From Qingrenia yutianensis (GTDB lineage Bacteria > Bacillota > Clostridia > UMGS1810), in assembly GCF_014385105.1 (NCBI RefSeq), contig NZ_JACRTE010000003.1, positions 112,358 to 176,357 of the forward strand: 64,000 bases of DNA, read 5' to 3'. Made by a program: the position numbers and the translations under genes. Positions 58,320 to 64,000 of this stretch are shown in pieces. Numbering within the stretch: position 1 is the stretch's first letter; each line of letters starts with the position of its first letter. Below the pieces are notes generated by a model. That model was not told the DNA's origin, made no database searches, and saw only the letters and a program-made list of their open reading frames with translations.

Positions 58320-58541
58320 ATATTTATTTTACACAAATTTTAGTTTGCTTTGTTACTTGATTATACACAAAAAAGACTGTAAAATCAAGATGTAAAATAA
58401 AATTTTTATACTGCGGAAAATCCTGCTTTAAAACAGAGCAAAAACATCTGTTTTTACTGCGGTAAATTTTGCCGTTTGTTTTTTATTTTATTTGTGTTAG
58501 AATTAAAAAAATATATAAATTTAATTCAGGGGGTTTTCAAA

Positions 58542-59909
58542 ATGAAAAAAATTGTTTCTTTGGCGCTTGTGCTTTGCCTTGCGCTCGGCGCACTCGCGGG
58601 ATGCGGAAGTAAAAATACCGCAGACACAAAAAAAGTTGTTATGTGGTCGCACAATTCGCACGCAAAGTCGGCGCTTGTTGAAATTATCGACGATTTTAAC
58701 AAGGGCAGAGGAAAAGAAATCGGCGTTGAAATTGAGCTTGTTATGAAAGAAAACGAGATGGAAAAAATGCTTGACCTTGCTTTCTCATCGGGTCAGGCGC
58801 CCGACATCTTCACGGCGTGCAGCTTCCAGAAACAGGCGGAGGCAGGAAATCTTTTGGATATTTCCACACTTCCCGGAATGGAAAAATACATAGAAAAATA
58901 TGACGGCCAGCTTGCGGAATTAAGATGCAAGTATCATGGCGTGCTTTATGCAATCCCCACCGTTGCAACAACAAGCGGTGTTGCCTATAACAAAGATTTG
59001 TTCAAGGCGGCGGGCATTGTTGACGAAAACGGAGAGGCAAAAGCACCCAAAACTCTTGCAGACATCAGAGAATACGCGAAAAAACTCACCGATACGTCCA
59101 AAAGACAGTACGGCATTGCATACGCTATGAAATACGGCGGTTGGTTCGGCTCGACAATTCAGAGCCCGTCAATGGTAAACTGCGGATACAACGGCTATAA
59201 CCCCGTTACCGGAACATTTGACTATACAAACCTTAAAGACACAATGCAGCTTGTGCTCGACATCAAAAAAGACGGCAGTTATTACCCGGGATGCGAAACA
59301 ATGGAAAACGACACCGCAAGAGCGCTTTTTGCGGAGGGACTTATCGGTATGATTTATGCCGATTCGTGGGATGTCGGCGTTTTTGACACGCAGTTCTCCA
59401 CAAAAATCGACTGGGCGGTTGCTCCTCTCCCCGTTGCTGACGAAAACGCGCAAGTCTACAAACAGGTTATGGGCTGCGGACTTTCAACTTATATGAACAG
59501 CAAAATTACCGATAAAATCACAAAAGAACAGGCTTTTGAAATTTTTGAGCTTTTGAACGGAAAAGAAAAACAGAAAAAATTCTATGAAAAAGGCATTGAC
59601 ATTCCCTATGACAGCGAGGTTATAAAAGAGGCGGATTCGTCCAAACTCAACCCGAAATTCAAACAGTTTGCCGAGCTTGTAAACATCAGCATACTTCCGC
59701 CCGTTACCATAAAATACGACATCGGCACCGAGAGAAATCTTTCGACACGCTTTGCCGAGGACGTTTGGGCAGGCAAAACAACCGACCTTGACAAGCTTTT
59801 GACCGACTATTCAAAAATTGTTAACGACGGCGTGAAAAAATACGCGGACGCTCACCCCGAATACGACGGAAAATCTTTCCTTGTTGAAAACTGGGACGCA
59901 AGAAGATAA
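58542..59909 (+). CDS. ABC transporter carbohydrate-binding lipoprotein
   Basis: 'MKKIVSLALVLCLALGALAGCGS' lipobox and a family-1 solute-binding protein fold. Start moved from 58476 to ATG 58542 after GGGGG. Confidence 0.8.
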   Translation: MKKIVSLALVLCLALGALAGCGSKNTADTKKVVMWSHNSHAKSALVEIIDDFNKGRGKEIGVEIELVMKENEMEKMLDLAFSSGQAPDIFTACSFQKQAEAGNLLDISTLPGMEKYIEKYDGQLAELRCKYHGVLYAIPTVATTSGVAYNKDLFKAAGIVDENGEAKAPKTLADIREYAKKLTDTSKRQYGIAYAMKYGGWFGSTIQSPSMVNCGYNGYNPVTGTFDYTNLKDTMQLVLDIKKDGSYYPGCETMENDTARALFAEGLIGMIYADSWDVGVFDTQFSTKIDWAVAPLPVADENAQVYKQVMGCGLSTYMNSKITDKITKEQAFEIFELLNGKEKQKKFYEKGIDIPYDSEVIKEADSSKLNPKFKQFAELVNISILPPVTIKYDIGTERNLSTRFAEDVWAGKTTDLDKLLTDYSKIVNDGVKKYADAHPEYDGKSFLVENWDARR

Positions 59910-59937
59910 AATAAGCGTATTTAAACAAATTTAAGAG

Positions 59938-60881
59938 GTGTATTTAATGAAAACAACAATGAATATGCGAAGCGGAGTGAAAATCAAAAGCGGACGTCTT
60001 TCGGACAGCGCGCAGTGCTACCTGCTTTTAGGACTTCCTCTTATCGGATTTTTCGTGTTTACGCTTTATCCGATTTTGTGGGCGATGCGCCTTTCGTTTT
60101 TCTATCACGACGGCATACCGTCAAACACCGTTTTTGTGGGCATTGAAAACTTTGTAAACGCGTTCAAAGACAAGGTGTACTGGGGCACGTGGCTCACAAC
60201 ACTGCAATTTGCGGTTATGAAACTTCCGATAGAGCTTCCGCTCGCGCTTGTTCTTGCGGTTTTGCTCAATAAAAAAATAAAAGGCTCGGGATTTTTCAGA
60301 ACGGTGTATTTTATGCCTACCGTCATCAGCGCGGCGCTTATCGCGCTGATGTTTTCAAACCTTTTCAGCGTGTTCGGCATTGTTAATATGTACCTTATAA
60401 AGCTTGGAATTATTAAGGATTTTTTAACTGGTTTGAAACAAAATCCACCGCAATGTGGGTGCTGGTTATTTCGTCGATATGGAATACCTTCGGTACAAAC
60501 ATTCTGTATTTTCTCGGCGCACTGCAAAACGTGCCCGAGGACTGCTACGAGGCGGCGAAAATAGACGGCGCCGGAAAATTTACAACGTTTTTCAAAATTA
60601 CAATTCCGCTTATCGCGCCCGTTGCACAGACGATACTTCTTCTTTCGATAAACGGAACGCTCCAGACGGGCGAATACGTAATACTTTTGACAAACGGCGC
60701 TCCGGGCGGTGCAACCTACACCGCAGGCGCGTATCTTATCGGCAAGTTTGCGCCGGGCTTTGCCGAAACGACGGCAAACATCGGCTACGGCTGTGCGCTT
60801 TCGCTTGTAAACACCGCCATAACGGCGTCGGTTGCGGCATTCTACTTAAAAGCAAGCAAAAAAATGACAAACATATATTGA
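59938..60881 (+). pseudogene. carbohydrate ABC transporter permease (MalF/UgpA-like) disrupted by a 1-nt frameshift near 60447
   Basis: ORF 59938..60564 is permease-like up to '...KLGIIKDFLTGLKQNP', then nonsense. The +2 frame resumes 'TAMWVLVISSIWNTFGTNILYFLGALQNVPEDCYEAAKIDGAGKF' (EAA loop) to 60881. Restoring one nt in 'aatcca^ccgcaatg' gives a continuous '...NPTAMWVLVI'. Confidence 0.6.
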
Positions 60882-60895
60882 TGGGGGTGTACTGA

Positions 60896-61750
60896 TTGGA
60901 TAACAAAAGAAATCTTGCCGATACAATTATTACACTCTTCGTGCTTGTAATTGTGACGCTTATAACGCTTTTTCCGCTTGTTTACACAGCGGCGTCGTCG
61001 TTTAAAACCAACGCGGAAATTTTAGCGTATCCCGAAAGAATATTTTCGCTCAATCCCACGTGGGACAACTACAAAACAGTGTTCCGCTCCGACTCGATAA
61101 ACATTATGCGTATGACGTGGAACAGCCTTTACTACACAATTTTCAGCGTTATTGTGGTGCTGATTACTTCGTCGGTGTCGGGATATGTTTTCTCGCGCGG
61201 TGAGTTTAAGTTTAAAAAGACGATTTTCACAATTTTTTCGTCGCTTATGTTTTTGTCATTCGGTTCGGTTACACTTTACCCGAAGTTTGACATCTTAACC
61301 GCACTGCACCTTAACAAGTCGCTTTTCGGACTTATCGTGTTAAAATGTTTCGGCATACCGATTGTAAATATGTATCTGGTGCGCGGATATGTAAACACGC
61401 TCCCGAAAGAACTGGACGAATCGGCAAAGCTTGACGGGTGCTCGTTTACGGGGACGTTTTTCCGCATAATCGCACCGCTTTTAAAGCCGATACTCGCGAC
61501 CGTCGGAATTTTGACATTCCAGAACACCTGGAACGAATACCTGCTTCCGGCGATTTTCACCGCAGGACTTCCCGAACAGCAGCCCCTTATCGTGGGCATA
61601 ACGTCACTGCGTACGTCGGGCGAGGCGGCGTCGTCCTGGAACCTTATGCTCGCCGGAACGACAATAGCGGTTATTCCCGTGCTTTTTGCATATGCGTTCG
61701 GCAACAAATATTTTGTTGCCGGTCTTGCAAACGGCGCGGTTAAGGGATAA
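60896..61750 (+). CDS. carbohydrate ABC transporter permease (MalG/UgpE-like)
   Basis: Six TM helices and EAA motif region 'DESAKLDGCSFTGTFFRIIAPLLKP'. Confidence 0.8.
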   Translation: MDNKRNLADTIITLFVLVIVTLITLFPLVYTAASSFKTNAEILAYPERIFSLNPTWDNYKTVFRSDSINIMRMTWNSLYYTIFSVIVVLITSSVSGYVFSRGEFKFKKTIFTIFSSLMFLSFGSVTLYPKFDILTALHLNKSLFGLIVLKCFGIPIVNMYLVRGYVNTLPKELDESAKLDGCSFTGTFFRIIAPLLKPILATVGILTFQNTWNEYLLPAIFTAGLPEQQPLIVGITSLRTSGEAASSWNLMLAGTTIAVIPVLFAYAFGNKYFVAGLANGAVKG

Positions 61751-61765
61751 TTTACACGGAGGTAA

Positions 61766-63538
61766 ATGATGAAAATGAAAAAATTTACGGTATCCGCACT
61801 CGTTTTTGTTTTAACGGTTTTCTCGGCGCTGACGTGCTTTTGCGAGGCGGTTCCCAATGCCGAAATAACGCTTGACGCGGAGAGTATGTTCCGAAAAATT
61901 TCGGTCAGCGGATGCCTTACAAGCGCAAATATCGGACTTGACAAAGATTACGGCGCGTCGGTCGGTATGCCGATAAGCTTTGTTATGATGACGGCGCCCT
62001 GTACGGACGGTGACGAATACAATATTTCGTATGAAAACTTAAGCTATTTTAAATCGGGCACGACCGACGAAAACGGAAATTTTGAAGTTGTGTTTCCGCT
62101 TGCTGACAAAAACGGCGACTATGTTTTGCAGATTACCACGCGTTACGGCGTTGCGTACCGCGAAATTTTCAGCTACGACAACAAATCGGTAATCGACCTT
62201 AACAACGTCCTTGCCGAAAAGGACTCGGAAAAACTCGGAGCATTTCTTTTGAGCGACAAAAAATTTCTCGATTACGACACGTCGATTTACGACAGTCTTG
62301 ACGGCGAGGCGAAAATTCTGGTGTGCCGTGCGCTGATTGACGAATACGAAAAAAACGGCGTATATGAAAATATAGACGCTTTCCACCAAAGTTTTAATAA
62401 AATTGCACAGGAAACAAGGGACAGTCTTATTTATCTTCCCGAGTTTTCAAAGGAAAGCAGAATAGGTCTTCTCACAAGCTATTACAACGATTCGGGCAGT
62501 GACGCGGATAAAAAGGTTTTTGCGTACATAACCGAAAACAATCTTCTCGACTACGTTATAACAAATCTTGAAAATAACAAAACTGACGACCTTTTCGGAA
62601 ACGTTGCGGACATCACGGTAAAAAGCCTTTGGGACGCGCAGACGGTTTATTACACAACGTTTGACAAAATCATAAACACCGACAACGTTTTTTCGTTTGA
62701 TGATGAGCTTTTGGCAAAATATAAGTCGGCAAAAAACAGCGACGCTTTGCTTAAAGAAATTTCAAACACAATAAACACCGCAAGCTCGGTTGACGGATTT
62801 AAAAAGGTTATCGAAAACGCGGTGACGAAAATAAATTCGCAGTCCGACGACGAAGAAATCATCAAAAAACCGCCGCAGTCGGGTTCAAAAGGAGGCGGAG
62901 GAGGCGGAAAGGTATCGGGCGGAATTGCTGTTATACCGCCTGTGGAAACACTCCCCGACACCGACACCGCGCAAACCGAGCCGGGCGTTACAAAAGAAAC
63001 GTTTGCCGATTTGGACGGCTTTGACTGGGCGAAAGATGCAATTTTGTCACTCAAAGAGCAAGGTATAATAAACGGCAGGTCGGAAGCGGAATTTGACCCG
63101 TCGGCGACCGTTACGCGTGCGGAATTTTCGCATATGCTCGCAAAGGCAATGAAGCTTGATACCGATAATGCGAAGTCGGATTTTGCCGACGTTTCGGAAA
63201 ACGAATGGTTTTACAAAAGCGTTTCGGCGCTTTCGGAAAAAGGCATTGTAAACGGTATGGGAAACGGACTTTTCGGAAGTAACAATCCCATTTCGCGCCA
63301 GGATTCGGCGGTTATGCTCGCAGGCTTTGTAAATTCGGAAAATACCGAAAACACCGATTTTGCCGACGCGGACGAAATAGCCGATTACGCGAAAGAAAGT
63401 GTTAAAAAATTAAAATCCGCAAAAATCTTTTCGGGTGACGAAAACGGTAATTTCAATCCGAAATCAAGCATCACGCGCGCCGAGTCAGCGGTTGTGATTT
63501 ACAATATTTTAAAAGGTGAGGGGGCGTCTCAAAAATAA
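61766..63538 (+). CDS. secreted protein with three C-terminal SLH domains
   Basis: Signal peptide. C-terminus 'FADLDGFDWAKDAILSLKEQGIINGRSEAEFDP', 'FADVSENEWFYKSVSALSEKGIVNGMGNGLFG', 'FADADEIADYAKESVKKLKSAKIFSGDENGNFNP'. Confidence 0.7.
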   Translation: MMKMKKFTVSALVFVLTVFSALTCFCEAVPNAEITLDAESMFRKISVSGCLTSANIGLDKDYGASVGMPISFVMMTAPCTDGDEYNISYENLSYFKSGTTDENGNFEVVFPLADKNGDYVLQITTRYGVAYREIFSYDNKSVIDLNNVLAEKDSEKLGAFLLSDKKFLDYDTSIYDSLDGEAKILVCRALIDEYEKNGVYENIDAFHQSFNKIAQETRDSLIYLPEFSKESRIGLLTSYYNDSGSDADKKVFAYITENNLLDYVITNLENNKTDDLFGNVADITVKSLWDAQTVYYTTFDKIINTDNVFSFDDELLAKYKSAKNSDALLKEISNTINTASSVDGFKKVIENAVTKINSQSDDEEIIKKPPQSGSKGGGGGGKVSGGIAVIPPVETLPDTDTAQTEPGVTKETFADLDGFDWAKDAILSLKEQGIINGRSEAEFDPSATVTRAEFSHMLAKAMKLDTDNAKSDFADVSENEWFYKSVSALSEKGIVNGMGNGLFGSNNPISRQDSAVMLAGFVNSENTENTDFADADEIADYAKESVKKLKSAKIFSGDENGNFNPKSSITRAESAVVIYNILKGEGASQK

Positions 63539-64000
63539 TGAAAAAGTTAATTGCAATTATTATTTCGTTTGTAATGATTTTTGAGGTTATACCCGTATCG
63601 CTTGCGTCTGCGGAAAATGACAGCGCGGAGTTTGAGAGAAGAACAAAAATTCTCACCACGCTTAAAATCATAAGAGAAACAAAGGAAAAAGGCGAGAATG
63701 TAACACGCGCACAGGCGATTGACACGGCGGTGCGCAGTATCAGAAAAAGCGTTCCCGTAAAAAACGGCAAATGCGGTTATACCGATGTTTTGCCGGGGCA
63801 CAAATACATAGACTCGCTTGCGGCAGCATTTGACACCGCGCTTCTTTCGGGAAACAACGAAAACAAAATTTTTCCCGACGAGAACATCAAAACCGAAACG
63901 CTTTTGAGGCTTTATATCCACATTCTCGGCTACGACGCATACTATGACTGGACGAAAAAGGACGCATACGGCATTTCAGCGGACTTAAAGCTTACAAAAG
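63538..64000 (+). CDS. hypothetical secreted protein, 3'-truncated by window edge
   Basis: The ATG at 63538 overlaps the upstream stop (TAATG). Signal peptide 'LIAIIISFVMIFEVIPVSLASA'. Open to the end of the window, and absent from the ORF track because no stop lies in the window. Confidence 0.4.
   Translation, partial: MKKLIAIIISFVMIFEVIPVSLASAENDSAEFERRTKILTTLKIIRETKEKGENVTRAQAIDTAVRSIRKSVPVKNGKCGYTDVLPGHKYIDSLAAAFDTALLSGNNENKIFPDENIKTETLLRLYIHILGYDAYYDWTKKDAYGISADLKLTK

Overview
This 64-kb window is a chromosomal segment from a spore-forming Firmicute, probably a Clostridia-class organism. The evidence is spoIIGA–sigE, ddl–murI–DUF1934–argS, dnaD/dnaI-like genes, several SLH-domain proteins, and a GT4–CsaB pyruvyltransferase fusion.

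Housekeeping genes: truA (3' part), cvpA-like, argC–argB (ATGA-coupled), spoIIGA–sigE, argS, murI, ddl, luxS, upp, ruvX and a DUF1292 gene. Two tRNA-Ser genes (GCT and TGA) lie on the minus strand with their own terminator.

Accessory content sits in a 20-kb co-directional plus-strand block at about 24.3–44.5 kb:
- Two small stand-alone double-zinc-ribbon proteins open the block.
- A secreted Cys-rich beta-helix protein follows.
- The block contains an expanded, pspA-less ydjG/ydjH/ydjI-like operon (zinc-ribbon, TPM and SPFH proteins) with at least six inserted or appended genes, several of which also carry CxxC…CxxC ribbons.
- A 1904-aa secreted protein with a C-terminal dockerin-like pair is next.
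- A 1113-aa MBG/List-Bact-repeat surface protein with a near-identical internal duplication ends the block.

The block is bounded on the left by a divergent intergenic region carrying repeated CCnTACTTTT motifs and a 26-bp palindrome. Beyond that is a sugar-binding lipoprotein paired with an unusual two-TM, LuxR-HTH one-component regulator. It is bounded on the right by a strong terminator, an AT-rich stretch containing the frameshifted 3' remnant of a large serine recombinase, and the tRNA-Ser pair.

Other notable items: a start-less NlpC/P60 gene remnant and twin hairpins downstream of dnaI; an SLH-GH18 gene directly after sigE where sigG usually sits; and a sugar-utilisation locus (GH-A hydrolase, AraC regulator, ABC transporter) whose first permease carries a 1-nt frameshift. 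No CRISPR array, rRNA or intact transposase was seen. All calls rest on reading the translated ORFs and the DNA directly. No database search was run.
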